A stretch of DNA of 64,000 bases from Thecamonas trahens ATCC 50062 (lineage: Eukaryota > Protista > Apusomonadida), in the NCBI RefSeq assembly GCF_000142905.1, contig NW_013657615.1, forward strand, positions 124,001 to 188,000, given 5' to 3'. Below are positions 1 to 10,069 of this stretch, one piece after another; positions within the stretch are counted from its first letter, which is position 1; every line of letters starts with the position of its first letter. The notes under the pieces were generated by a model. It saw nothing but the letters and a program-made list of their open reading frames with translations, searched no databases and was not told the origin of the DNA. Made by a program: the position numbers and the translations under genes.

Positions 1-2580
1 GGGGAAGAGAGGCTTGCGGCGTGTGGATCCCGGTGCCGAGACCTGTGGCGGCGGCGAGGCGCCAGTTAGCGCCGATGGCACGTAGGCAGCCGATGAGCGA
101 GAATGTGGCGAGGCATGCGGCGAGCGGGCCATGTGGTGCGAGCGCTCCTGGACCGAGCGGACAACTCCGGCGGGCGCGCCGCGAGTGAACATGTCAATGG
201 CGTCCTGTAGCGAAGGCCGGCGGGTGAACGGACGGACTTGTTCGGCGGCGCCGGACTCTGCGGCGTGCTTGGAGCCAAAGTCCTCGGCGAGGACAACAGC
301 CTGCTCGCCGCCGGCAATGACGTACGAGTCGCCGGGAGCGAGGACGAGGGTGCCGTCGTCGATAACAATGCCGAGCAGGGCGACTTCGTAGGTAAAGTAC
401 ATGGAGATAAAGGCGCGCGAGAACGACAGGTAGCGCATGGACATAGGAAGGGTGATCTCGTAGAGCTCGACGCGGGCGCCGGTGCAATACTCACGGAGCC
501 AGAGCGGCTCCGACGAGGCGTTGTCAGCAAAGGCATCGGACGAGCGCAGGATGTTGGAAAGGAGCGCCGGCACGCCCGGCGCGCGGTAGCCCTGCAGCAG
601 GCACTTGAACTTGAGTTCGCGCGGGCACAGGGTGTAGTCTGCGGCACCAGACTCTTGCAGAGCGGCGTTAGCGGTCGAAACGAGCTGGGTGAGGACCCGA
701 ACATCGCGGGTCTTGTTGTTGTAGCTCTTGAGCGAGATGGACGAGAGGATGGCTTGCTTGTCGGCCTGCTTGCGGTCCTCAATGCCAAGCGCCGAGTAGT
801 GGGACGAGAGGACAAAGCAGGCTTCGGTGTCCTCAAGAGCAGCGCGGCCGAGGTCTTGGTCGTGGAGGACCGAGCCCTTGAGAAAGGTGACCCGACCCTC
901 GACGGCCTCGGACTTGATGAGGTTGTACGTCTCGGCCGACGGCTCCTCTGGGTGAAGGAGGATGACGTCGATGTCGTCGTTCTCTGGGTGATCGTCGCAG
1001 AAGAGCTCCGAGAGCAGATCCTGCAGCTGGGCGGTTGTGTAGGTGCCGGTGACGAGGATATGGCGCTTGTAGCGGCCCGAGTACGCCCGGTCGTGAGCCT
1101 TGAACTTGGTAAAGACGGCAACGAGGTTGGAGAGCTGGAGCGGGACGAGGATGACGGTGATGAAGATGAGACCGATGGTGACAAAGCGGCCGAGCGGTGT
1201 CTCGGGCGTGACGTCGCCAAAGCCGACGGTGGAAAAGGTGACGACGACAAAGTACAGCGCATCATGCCAGGCGATGACCGGCGAGGTGCCGGCAAAGCCT
1301 GGATCGTTGAACAGCTGCAGAAGCGACGCCGAGCAGTAGAGGAGCGAGACAAGGGTGAAGAGGAGGACCACTAGCTCGCGCTTGCGCTCGTCGATGGTGA
1401 CCGAGAACAGCCGATAGGTGCGGAGAATGCGAAAGACACGGAGGATGCGGACAATGCGAAGGAAGCCTAAGTCAACTTGGTTGACAAGCACGAGCTGGAC
1501 GACGACAGGGAGAATGGTGATCAGGTCGACAATGCTCATGGGCGAGACCAGAAACTTGAGCCGCGACTTTGAGGCGATAAAGTGAATAACAAAGTCGACA
1601 GCAAAGGCGGCGGCGAGGAAGATTTCGATGACGAGAAAGCCAAGAGGTATGCGGTTGCGGCCACCGTCGGTGTAGTAGCTCTCGACTACATAGAGAATGG
1701 CGGCAATGATGGAGAGGAGAACCTGGACGGTGTCCATGGCGTGACCCAGCGTTGACTTGCGGAGCCAGTGGGCGAGGTTGTCACGCAGCGTGAGCGACGA
1801 CCGGTACGACCGGCGGGCGACAGGCGTGTAGTGCTCGGGCGGTGGGGTAGGCGGGACAGCCGGTGAGGCGAGGACATCCTCGATGAACATCATCCGAGCT
1901 TGCTCGCCAAAGTGCTGCAGGCCGGGCGCCGGTGCCGGCGCCGGGGTGTACGAATCCTCAGAGTCACCGGTAGACATGACGTCAGAGGTGTCGCTCCCGT
2001 CGAGCTCACTCGATGAGTGGTACCCGCCATCGCCGTCGCCGCCACCGCCACCGCCACCGCCACCGCCCGCAGCGTCCGACACGTCCGAGGAGGGCCAGTC
2101 CGAGGCCAGCGGCATGCTGTTGCCGCCCGACCTGGACCAAAGACTATTCCGGCTCGGCGACAGCACATCGACAGAGTCTGGCGAGTGTTCAGCTCGTCTG
2201 ATCCAGCCAGAAGCGCGGGACGAGGAAGCCGAGGCGGCCGAGCCTGTACGGTACAAGCGGGAGGAAGTCGGGCGGAGCGATGTGGTTGCAGGCGATGACG
2301 AGGCAGTGGAGGCTATACGAGCGTGGTGATTGGAGCGGACTCGCGAGGTTATTTGCCGCCATCGGGCGGATGCAGCATTTGGATAGCGAGTCCGTGGTTG
2401 AGGCGGCGGCGGCGGAATGTGCGAGGTTGGCGGGAGCGGAGGAGGGAGGCGGGCATGGATGCCAGCGGGAGGCAGCGGCGGTGGCTGTGGCACACGAGTA
2501 CCAGCCGAGACAGGGGAAAGTGGTGGTGGCGGTGGTGGTGGTAGTGTGGGGCCCCAGTGTGGGTGGCTACTCGCTGACAT
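1..2580 (-). CDS. Slo/BK-type K+ channel (6TM + RCK); 3' end runs off the window
   Basis: Hand translation of a minus frame absent from the ORF track because it has no stop in the window. ATG at 2580, in-frame stop upstream at 2671. S4 FLRIVRILRVFRILRTYRL, pore ALYFVVVTFSTVGFGDVTP, RCK-like HILVTG...VTFLKGSVLHDQDLGRA...ACFVL. Confidence 0.9.
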   Translation of the reverse strand, partial: MSASSHPHWGPTLPPPPPPPLSPVSAGTRVPQPPPLPPAGIHARLPPPLPPTSHIPPPPPQPRTRYPNAASARWRQITSRVRSNHHARIASTASSSPATTSLRPTSSRLYRTGSAASASSSRASGWIRRAEHSPDSVDVLSPSRNSLWSRSGGNSMPLASDWPSSDVSDAAGGGGGGGGGGDGDGGYHSSSELDGSDTSDVMSTGDSEDSYTPAPAPAPGLQHFGEQARMMFIEDVLASPAVPPTPPPEHYTPVARRSYRSSLTLRDNLAHWLRKSTLGHAMDTVQVLLSIIAAILYVVESYYTDGGRNRIPLGFLVIEIFLAAAFAVDFVIHFIASKSRLKFLVSPMSIVDLITILPVVVQLVLVNQVDLGFLRIVRILRVFRILRTYRLFSVTIDERKRELVVLLFTLVSLLYCSASLLQLFNDPGFAGTSPVIAWHDALYFVVVTFSTVGFGDVTPETPLGRFVTIGLIFITVILVPLQLSNLVAVFTKFKAHDRAYSGRYKRHILVTGTYTTAQLQDLLSELFCDDHPENDDIDVILLHPEEPSAETYNLIKSEAVEGRVTFLKGSVLHDQDLGRAALEDTEACFVLSSHYSALGIEDRKQADKQAILSSISLKSYNNKTRDVRVLTQLVSTANAALQESGAADYTLCPRELKFKCLLQGYRAPGVPALLSNILRSSDAFADNASSEPLWLREYCTGARVELYEITLPMSMRYLSFSRAFISMYFTYEVALLGIVIDDGTLVLAPGDSYVIAGGEQAVVLAEDFGSKHAAESGAAEQVRPFTRRPSLQDAIDMFTRGAPAGVVRSVQERSHHMARSPHASPHSRSSAAYVPSALTGASPPPQVSAPGSTRRKPLFP

Positions 2581-2751
2581 GCCACGAGAGCAGGTGCAGA
2601 TGAGCGTCACAGAGAGAGGTGCTGCTCGTTTGCAAGCGGGCTGGCTGGCTGGCAGGCGGCTTGATGGCCGTCACGGCAACGTTTCGTGGCTACTGGGCGA
2701 GTGGCGACTGGGTGTTATTGTGCAGATGGGAGTGGAGTGAACGTGGAGCCG

Positions 2752-2782
<31 letters not shown>

Positions 2783-2799
2783 CGTGTGTGTGGTGGCGG

Positions 2800-3450
2800 C
2801 TACTCGTGCGAAGACATGGCGATCGAGTCAGCCGAGGCGTCCGAGTGGATAGGGCGGCCACCTTCGACAGAGGCCATGGCAGCAGAGCGAGCGGCAAAGG
2901 TCTCGCGGCGACGAGCCTCCTCTTCCTCCTTCTCACGAATGGCGTGATCGATGTAGTACTGATACTTGGGCGCGGTGATGCCCGTGACGTGGGCGATGGT
3001 TCCGCCGAGCCAGTCTGCGCCCTTGTACGTCTTCCACGCTGCCCACCGAAGGTAGCCCCAGGTGGAGTAGTCCTCGGCGAGCTCGGCCTCCCACGCGATC
3101 TGCTCCTCGCTCGGCCCGCGGTTCATCTCCTCCTCGGCCTCCTTGAGGAACTTGAGGATGCGGATGGTGGTCGGCGCAAGCGAGTCCGGCAGGCCACGGG
3201 TAAACGAGTCGGATCCCGAGCCCGAGCCTGAGCCCGAGCCCGAGCCCGAGTCTGAGTCTGAGTCTGAGGCCATACCAGCAGCTTCGACATCGGCACGACG
3301 GCGACGGCGGGTAGGGACGACGCCTGCACCCGAAGCAGAGGAAGAGGAGGAGCTTCCACCACCGGCAGCGGTAACCTCTTCGTAGGCCGAGTACTCTTCG
3401 TAGGCATACTCGTACTCGCTCTTGCCCTTGCCAGGTCTAGCCATTGGCAT
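2800..3450 (-). CDS. FAM177: FAM177-family protein
   Basis: WGYLRWAAWKTYKGADWLGGTIAHVTGITAPKYQYYIDHAIREKEEEE matches the FAM177A1 core (DFLGEKIASVLGISTPKYQYAIDEY). The start is close to the gap, so it is uncertain. Confidence 0.75.
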   Translation of the reverse strand: MPMARPGKGKSEYEYAYEEYSAYEEVTAAGGGSSSSSSASGAGVVPTRRRRRADVEAAGMASDSDSDSGSGSGSGSGSGSDSFTRGLPDSLAPTTIRILKFLKEAEEEMNRGPSEEQIAWEAELAEDYSTWGYLRWAAWKTYKGADWLGGTIAHVTGITAPKYQYYIDHAIREKEEEEARRRETFAARSAAMASVEGGRPIHSDASADSIAMSSHE

Positions 3451-3536
3451 GTGTGTGTATGTGTGTGGAGGGGGAGGGAGGGGGGGGGGGGGGAGGGTGA
3501 GGTGGTAAGAACACAGGTCAGTGGGTGGTGGTCGGC

Positions 3537-4351
3537 NNNNNNNNNNNNNNNNNNNNNNNNNNNNNNNNNNNNNNNNNNNNNNNNNNNNNNNNNNNNNNNN
3601 NNNNNNNNNNNNNNNNNNNNNNNNNNNNNNNNNNNNNNNNNNNNNNNNNNNNNNNNNNNNNNNNNNNNNNNNNNNNNNNNNNNNNNNNNNNNNNNNNNNN
3701 NNNNNNNNNNNNNNNNNNNNNNNNNNNNNNNNNNNNNNNNNNNNNNNNNNNNNNNNNNNNNNNNNNNNNNNNNNNNNNNNNNNNNNNNNNNNNNNNNNNN
3801 NNNNNNNNNNNNNNNNNNNNNNNNNNNNNNNNNNNNNNNNNNNNNNNNNNNNNNNNNNNNNNNNNNNNNNNNNNNNNNNNNNNNNNNNNNNNNNNNNNNN
3901 NNNNNNNNNNNNNNNNNNNNNNNNNNNNNNNNNNNNNNNNNNNNNNNNNNNNNNNNNNNNNNNNNNNNNNNNNNNNNNNNNNNNNNNNNNNNNNNNNNNN
4001 NNNNNNNNNNNNNNNNNNNNNNNNNNNNNNNNNNNNNNNNNNNNNNNNNNNNNNNNNNNNNNNNNNNNNNNNNNNNNNNNNNNNNNNNNNNNNNNNNNNN
4101 NNNNNNNNNNNNNNNNNNNNNNNNNNNNNNNNNNNNNNNNNNNNNNNNNNNNNNNNNNNNNNNNNNNNNNNNNNNNNNNNNNNNNNNNNNNNNNNNNNNN
4201 NNNNNNNNNNNNNNNNNNNNNNNNNNNNNNNNNNNNNNNNNNNNNNNNNNNNNNNNNNNNNNNNNNNNNNNNNNNNNNNNNNNNNNNNNNNNNNNNNNNN
4301 NNNNNNNNNNNNNNNNNNNNNNNNNNNNNNNNNNNNNNNNNNNNNNNNNNN
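3537..4351. other. Assembly gap (815 N)
   Basis: Run of N flanked by G-rich tracts. Confidence 1.
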
Positions 4352-4531
4352 GGGGGGAGGAGGGGGGAGGGAGGGGGATGGTGGCACGGTGCTGTACTTA
4401 TGTCCTTCTTTCTCTCTCTGTGGATGGTGTGTGTTCGGGCGGGCGGTGGGGTGGGGGCGGTGGGGGCGGTGGGGGGGGGGGTGGGGGGGGGGGGGGGGGG
4501 GGGCGGGACAGTGGTCCGTGAGGTCCACCCC

Positions 4532-6019
4532 ATGGCCATGCGGTCAAAGGAGATGCGCGAGCTGACGACCAATCTACTGGCGTGGATGTCGACGTACACT
4601 CGGCGTAGGGATAACAATGCTATTCGGGATCCGGCAACAGACTGCTCAAACGGTGTGCTGATGTTCTGGCTGCTGGAAGAGCTGACCGGTGCTCAGATCG
4701 CGAGGTACAACCCAGAGGCTCTGTCGGACCGTGCACAGCTGGAAAACCTCTCGGTCTTGTGTCTCGCGCTGCAGCGGCTGGACGTACAGCCAGTGGGCGA
4801 CGGTGGATGGACACCGATGCTGTTGTACGAGGGCAACACCATTGCGTGGTGGTCTCTCTGCGTCTCGCTCGCGCTGCGGTTCAACTGCGACCGAGTCATC
4901 CGCCCCTCGGTCTTCCTCGCCACCAAGCTGCTGCAGTATCGCGAGAAGGAGTCGATGCCGTATGTGGAGAAGACGGTCCGCACCATTCTTACGCCGAGCC
5001 AAGAAGAGATGGACGCCATCCGCACCGAGTACGGCCGCAAGTACGGGTTTGCCGTCGCCCAGCCACTCAAGAGCTACGACAACGCCAGTCACATCGAGCT
5101 TGTGGCGTGGATCAACTCGTACCTCTCGCAGCGCGGGCTCTCTGTATCGGCGTCGGAGCCGCGCCTGTTTGGCGAGGGCATCAAGTTTCTCGCCCTGCTC
5201 GAGGTCCTCACTGGCATGACCGTGGAGCAGGTACTTGGAGAGGCAACCATCGACCCGGTGAATAGCGAGACCGACGCACGGGCCAACATCGATATGGCCT
5301 TTGCGTTTATGGAGAACCTCGGCATCGACCATCACAACACAGAGACCGACGACATCCTGGACGCCGCACTGCAGCCGGTCCTCCGCCTCGTGGACTCGCT
5401 CCGTGCCTTTGACTTTTCCGCCATTCAGGCCTCGGCGCTCGACGCTGTCACAGCGCTCCACGAGGACGACTCGTTTGTCGATTCGCAGCGCGCTGCCATC
5501 CAGGCCCAGATGGCCGCCGCCGGTGGCACCGCCGGCCCGGCCGCCACCATTGCCACCGCCGCTGCTGCCATCGCCGACGACCACGACCGGCCCGACGACG
5601 CTCCACCCATGTACGCAGACATGGAGGATCCCAACGCCGACTTTCCGCCCGACGTCTTCGACAAGCTCTTTGCCGCAGATGTCTCCAAGCTCAACTCGGT
5701 CAAGCAGTCGATGCTCGCCTTTGTCAACTCGCATCTCGCTGCCGTCTCGGTCACCGTCTTGGACCTCACCACCGACTTTACAGACGGCGTTCTTCTCATC
5801 GCCCTCGTCTCCATCCTCAACAACGCGTACATCGAGCCAAAGTTCTACCACCTCTCGCCAAAGTCGCAGGCCGAGAAGATCGACAACCTCAAGTTCCTCA
5901 TCGCCCGCGTCCTCGAGCTCGGCGTGGACATTCCGCAAGTCTCCTCCACCAAGCTCCTCTCCGGCGACCTCAAGACCATCCTCCGTCTCCTCTATGTCCT
6001 CCACCGCAAGTACCGATGA
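4532..6019 (+). CDS. PARV: Parvin with three calponin-homology domains (a 5' exon may lie in the gap)
   Basis: C-terminal DVFDKLF...VKQSMLAFVNSHL...DFTDGVLLIAL...GDLKTILRLLYVLHRKYR matches parvin CH2. N-terminal ELTTNLLAWM...WTP...SLALRF matches CH1. An extra CH (ELVAWINSYL...GIKFLALLEVLTG...NIDMAFAFM) lies between them. Confidence 0.85.
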   Translation: MAMRSKEMRELTTNLLAWMSTYTRRRDNNAIRDPATDCSNGVLMFWLLEELTGAQIARYNPEALSDRAQLENLSVLCLALQRLDVQPVGDGGWTPMLLYEGNTIAWWSLCVSLALRFNCDRVIRPSVFLATKLLQYREKESMPYVEKTVRTILTPSQEEMDAIRTEYGRKYGFAVAQPLKSYDNASHIELVAWINSYLSQRGLSVSASEPRLFGEGIKFLALLEVLTGMTVEQVLGEATIDPVNSETDARANIDMAFAFMENLGIDHHNTETDDILDAALQPVLRLVDSLRAFDFSAIQASALDAVTALHEDDSFVDSQRAAIQAQMAAAGGTAGPAATIATAAAAIADDHDRPDDAPPMYADMEDPNADFPPDVFDKLFAADVSKLNSVKQSMLAFVNSHLAAVSVTVLDLTTDFTDGVLLIALVSILNNAYIEPKFYHLSPKSQAEKIDNLKFLIARVLELGVDIPQVSSTKLLSGDLKTILRLLYVLHRKYR

Positions 6020-6162
6020 GTACGAGTAACAATGCGTGGTAGCCATCGCCTCCCTCTCGACTCGCATCACCGCCCGCCCGGTAGCCAGCCAGCCAGCTAG
6101 CCGACAGGTAGCCAGCCAGAGCCGAAGCCTGAGCCACGCCACTCCGCACCCCCCCCCCACAC

Positions 6163-6165
6163 CCA

Positions 6166-6242
<77 letters not shown>

Positions 6243-6244
6243 AC
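6163..6244. repeat. (AC)n microsatellite
   Basis: Imperfect AC run immediately 5' of the PPP1R21 ATG. Confidence 0.95.
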
Positions 6245-6251
6245 GCATACC

Positions 6252-8699
6252 ATGTCCACCCCGACCGAGGAGGGGGGCAGCATGGAGAGCAAGTACAAGC
6301 GACTTGTTGCCGAGTACGCGCGGGTCAAGGGCCACAACGCGGTGCTGAAGAAGGCTGTGGTGGAGGAACAGGAGAACTCGGCGAGGCTCTCTGGTGCACT
6401 CAATCTCCTTCGGCAGAAGAACAGGAGTTTATTGAAGGACAACGATGTGCTGGCATTCAACAACAAGCGCTTGACACAACGTGTTGCTGTCCTCACCGCA
6501 GACACAGCCATCGCTCCATCTTTGTCATCATCGCTTCCGTCCTCGTCATCGTCCTCGTCCCATCCTGCTGGATCCGCTACTCAGGGTCTGGCCATCTCCT
6601 CGCCATCGAGGAGATCCCGCAATGGCTCATCGTCCGGAAAGTCGTCAGGACTCGCCTCGTGGTGGTCCGGCTCGTCGGCAAAGCAGGTCCGTATCGATGA
6701 GCTGGAGGCGCATGTTCACGTGCTGGAGGAGCAACTGGCTCACGCCATTGCCCAGGCCGAAGTCTTTGGCTCGGAGAAGTTTGAGGCTCAGCGGGCGCAT
6801 GCCGAGGAGGTGGCGACGCTCAACGGCCATGTCAAGGCTCTGGAGGCCTCGCTGGTGGCAAAGTCGGACGAGCTGACCGCAGCGGCGGTGGCGGCCGACG
6901 ACGCCGCTGCGGACGCGCAGGCCAAGATCGAGACCCTCGAGTCGGCACTCGCCGCAGTCACAGCCTCGTACGAAGCAACGCTTGCCAAGCTCGCCTCGCT
7001 ACAGGGTGAGGTCTCGACCTCGCTTCGCAAGCTCAACGACTCTCACTTTGGCGGCGTCGCCCCGTTTTACTACCCGCTCCTCTCCGAGTCCGAGTCGGAC
7101 ACGTCGGGCCTAGCGCCGCCAGCGTCGCCGATTCCACATGCCCGCGATGGCTCCGAGGCCCCGGACTCGCCGCTGGACCTCCGCCTCCTCCTCGCCCGCT
7201 CCGCCGCCGCTGTCGCCGCCGGCGCCAGCCACAGCCTCTCGCTACCCGAGCTGGAGGACGCTGTCGACTCGCTGGTCTCGGGCCTCGAGTCGTCATTTAT
7301 GGCATTCCAAGCCTCGGCCATCGCCCTCGCCACCCCCGACCGAACAGCCGTGCGCGAGAGGGCCGGCAGTGCCGCCCCGCAAGCCGCCGAGCCTCGCCAG
7401 GCTCTCACCTTTGCAGACGACTCGCTCCTCGCCTCGGCCGCCAAACCCGTGCGGGCAAGCGCTCCGCTCTCGCCGCTCGAGTGCCAGCGCGCGGTCCAGC
7501 ACGCGTGCGAGCGCGGCGCCGCTCTTGCTCGCGCCCTTGGTCGTGCCATGCAGCTCCGGGCCGCCGGTCGCGGCGCTTCGCCCAAGCTCGCCACTCTTGC
7601 CGGCCAGTGCTTCACCACGCTCTCGGCCATTGCCGCCCAGCTCGGTGAGGCGAGCTCGTGGTCGGCCGACGACGCCGTCGAGCCTCAGACCGGCGCCCTA
7701 ACAGGCACCGCGGTTTCCGCCGGTCGCGCACTTTCGGGCGCGTTCAAGAAGCTCCTCCCGTACATGCTCGCATACCTCCGGGTCGACCACCAGGTTGTCT
7801 CGGACGTCGCGCCCGAGCTCAAGGGTGTCAACAATGCGCTAGGCCCGCTGTTCGCCACTGTGGCGGCGGCCGTCGATGCGCTCGTCGCCGTGGACTCGGT
7901 CAGCAAGCTCGGGTACGCGTCCCACATCGAGCCGCTCGTCGGCGCCGTTGCCCAGCTTGAAGTCTGCCTCCGGCGCAACTATGAGATTCGCGACGCGGTC
8001 ATCGCTCCTGCGCCAGACCTCTCGGCTGCCTGCGCAGACGTCCTCACCATCGGCAACGAGCTGCGCATGGCCCTCTCCCGCCTCGCCTTTACACCTCCTT
8101 CTCCCGGCTCAGAGGCTCCGCCGTCGTCGACGCTCCTCACGCCAGCTACGCCTGCTACGCCTGCTCCGCCGTCGACGCCGTCGAATCGCCCGCCGCGCCT
8201 TGCTGTGGCCTCGCCGCTCGTCGCCTCGCCGCTGGCCTCGCCCATGGTCCACTCAACGGTCCAGCGGTACATCGACTCGGACGCCGCCGACGTCATCGCC
8301 AAGCTCCAGCGCGCGCTGGCGGCAAAGACTGCTCAGCTCGAGGCCATTGTCCGCGAACGCGGGACAGTCGTTGTTCTCGACACAGCGGCGCCCGGCCCGC
8401 GCGACGAGACCAAGCTCCGCATGCGGCTACACTACGAGGACAAGGTGTCGTCGCTCGAGCGGCTGCTCACCGCCGCAGACGCCCGCGCCGGTGAGATGTA
8501 TCAGGCCGCGCTCGCTGCCAAGCACGAGCTCAAAGACATGCAAGGCACGCTGGACGAGACGTTGCACTCGGTCTCGGATCGGGACATCGCGCTCGCCGCC
8601 GCTCGCGATGAGCTCGAGACCACCCGTCGCAACTACGAGGAGCAGCTCAACACGCTCACCAACCACATCTGCTCGCTCCAGGCTGCGCGCCGTCCGTAG
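6252..8699 (+). CDS. PPP1R21: PPP1R21-like coiled-coil protein (FERRY complex scaffold)
   Basis: N-terminal KYKRLVAEYARVKGHNAVLKKAVVEEQ...LAFNNKRL (KLRAQ domain) and C-terminal ELETTRRNYEEQLNTLTNHI (TTKRSYEDQ domain). Confidence 0.85.
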   Translation: MSTPTEEGGSMESKYKRLVAEYARVKGHNAVLKKAVVEEQENSARLSGALNLLRQKNRSLLKDNDVLAFNNKRLTQRVAVLTADTAIAPSLSSSLPSSSSSSSHPAGSATQGLAISSPSRRSRNGSSSGKSSGLASWWSGSSAKQVRIDELEAHVHVLEEQLAHAIAQAEVFGSEKFEAQRAHAEEVATLNGHVKALEASLVAKSDELTAAAVAADDAAADAQAKIETLESALAAVTASYEATLAKLASLQGEVSTSLRKLNDSHFGGVAPFYYPLLSESESDTSGLAPPASPIPHARDGSEAPDSPLDLRLLLARSAAAVAAGASHSLSLPELEDAVDSLVSGLESSFMAFQASAIALATPDRTAVRERAGSAAPQAAEPRQALTFADDSLLASAAKPVRASAPLSPLECQRAVQHACERGAALARALGRAMQLRAAGRGASPKLATLAGQCFTTLSAIAAQLGEASSWSADDAVEPQTGALTGTAVSAGRALSGAFKKLLPYMLAYLRVDHQVVSDVAPELKGVNNALGPLFATVAAAVDALVAVDSVSKLGYASHIEPLVGAVAQLEVCLRRNYEIRDAVIAPAPDLSAACADVLTIGNELRMALSRLAFTPPSPGSEAPPSSTLLTPATPATPAPPSTPSNRPPRLAVASPLVASPLASPMVHSTVQRYIDSDAADVIAKLQRALAAKTAQLEAIVRERGTVVVLDTAAPGPRDETKLRMRLHYEDKVSSLERLLTAADARAGEMYQAALAAKHELKDMQGTLDETLHSVSDRDIALAAARDELETTRRNYEEQLNTLTNHICSLQAARRP

Positions 8700-8712
8700 G
8701 CCCCGATGCCAG

Positions 8713-9243
8713 TCACAGCGATGCCTTGATCTGCGCCGACGATGCGCACCATTGCAGCCAGCCGCCGAGCAGGCGCCGCGGCGAGTACATGAGGGCAGCC
8801 TTGGCCGAGTGAAACGGGCCGACAAAGACGTGGAGGTGGAGGTGATTGATCGAGTTGAATGGAGGGACGTGGAAGACGGTGTACACGTCGGAGCTTGTGA
8901 GTTCGTAGCCAGCCTCGCGCAGCAACTCCTTCCCAACCTCCTCCATGTGGCTCACCAGCCCGGAGCCGTCGTCGACCGCGGCCAGATCGTTGACCGTCCC
9001 CACGTGCTCGAGCGGAACAATGAGCATGTGCTCGGTCGCTTCGGGAGATCGCGGATAAAAGACCGCCACGCGATGATCTCTGAAAAAGATCGGCGTCAGC
9101 TCGTCGCCGTCGAAATTCCGAAATGCTCGGCAGTGCTCGCGCGAGGCCACGTTGTCCTGGTGGACAAAGTTGCAGAAGAGGCAGTCTTCGATGGTTCCGT
9201 CAGCCGACCTGCGGACGCCCTTGGTGGAGAGCATGTGGCCCAT
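8713..9243 (-). CDS. HINT3: HIT-family nucleotide hydrolase, HINT3-like
   Basis: DCLFC, PEATEHMLIVPLEH and FHVPPFNSINHLHLHV histidine triad. Confidence 0.85.
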   Translation of the reverse strand: MGHMLSTKGVRRSADGTIEDCLFCNFVHQDNVASREHCRAFRNFDGDELTPIFFRDHRVAVFYPRSPEATEHMLIVPLEHVGTVNDLAAVDDGSGLVSHMEEVGKELLREAGYELTSSDVYTVFHVPPFNSINHLHLHVFVGPFHSAKAALMYSPRRLLGGWLQWCASSAQIKASL

Positions 9244-9440
9244 GGTGGTGTGGCTTTCGGGAGGCTGGCGAAAGGTGCGAGGGAGGAGAGGCGTGCTGTT
9301 GCCGCGAAGCGTGAGCCGTCCTGACCTCACTGCAGGTGTGGGCGATGACGATTCGGGGGAGCGGGGACGCGCGGCAGGATAGGTGACAACACCATGATGA
9401 GAGGGGGGGGGGGGGGGGGGGGGATCGAGCGCAAGGGCAG

Positions 9441-9920
9441 CTGATCACCATCATGGCTGTGGCTGATCACCATCATGGCTGTAACTGATCACCATCATGG
9501 CTGTACATGATCATCGTAGGAGACAGCTATGGCTGTGGCTGATCACCATCATGGCTGTGGCTGATCACCATCATGGCTGTGGCTGATCACCATCATGGCT
9601 GTGGCTGATCACCATCATGGCTGTGGCTGATCACCATCATGGCTGTGGCTGATCACCATCATGGCTGTGGCTGATCACCATCATGGCTGTGGCTGATCAC
9701 CATCATGGCTGTAACTGATCACCATCATGGCTGTACATGATCATCGTAGGAGACAGCTATGGCTGTGGCTGATCACCATCATGGCTGTGGCTGATCACCA
9801 TCATGGCTGTGGCTGATCACCATCATGGCTGTGGTTGATCACCATCATGGCTGTACATCATCACCATCATGGCTGTACATGATCATCGTAGGAGACAGCT
9901 ATGGCTGTACCTGATCATCG
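9441..9920. repeat. 22-bp minisatellite with interspersed 32-bp variant
   Basis: About 16 copies of ATGGCTGTGGCTGATCACCATC (some variant), plus ATGGCTGTACATGATCATCGTAGGAGACAGCT at 9497, 9727 and 9869. Confidence 0.95.
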
Positions 9921-10069
9921 CCACGGCTGTGCCTGATCATCCCCATCCCCATCCCCATCTCTCCAACTATCACCCTCACATCGTCGGCACAGACAAGCGA
10001 GAGACGCCAAGCGAGGTCGAGCGGTCCACACTCATCGCCAGCTAGAGGCCAGGCCCCGAGGGGGAAGAC

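Noticed and set aside
66-1374. ORFs 66-1352 (-) and 238-1374 (+)
   Set aside because: Shadow frames of the K+ channel gene. High GC produces many such ORFs throughout the window.
2800-6019. Long ORFs spanning the N gap
   Set aside because: Artefacts of translating through unknown bases.
9441-9920. CRISPR-like repeat-spacer pattern
   Set aside because: The interspersed 32-mers are identical to each other, so this is a higher-order minisatellite.
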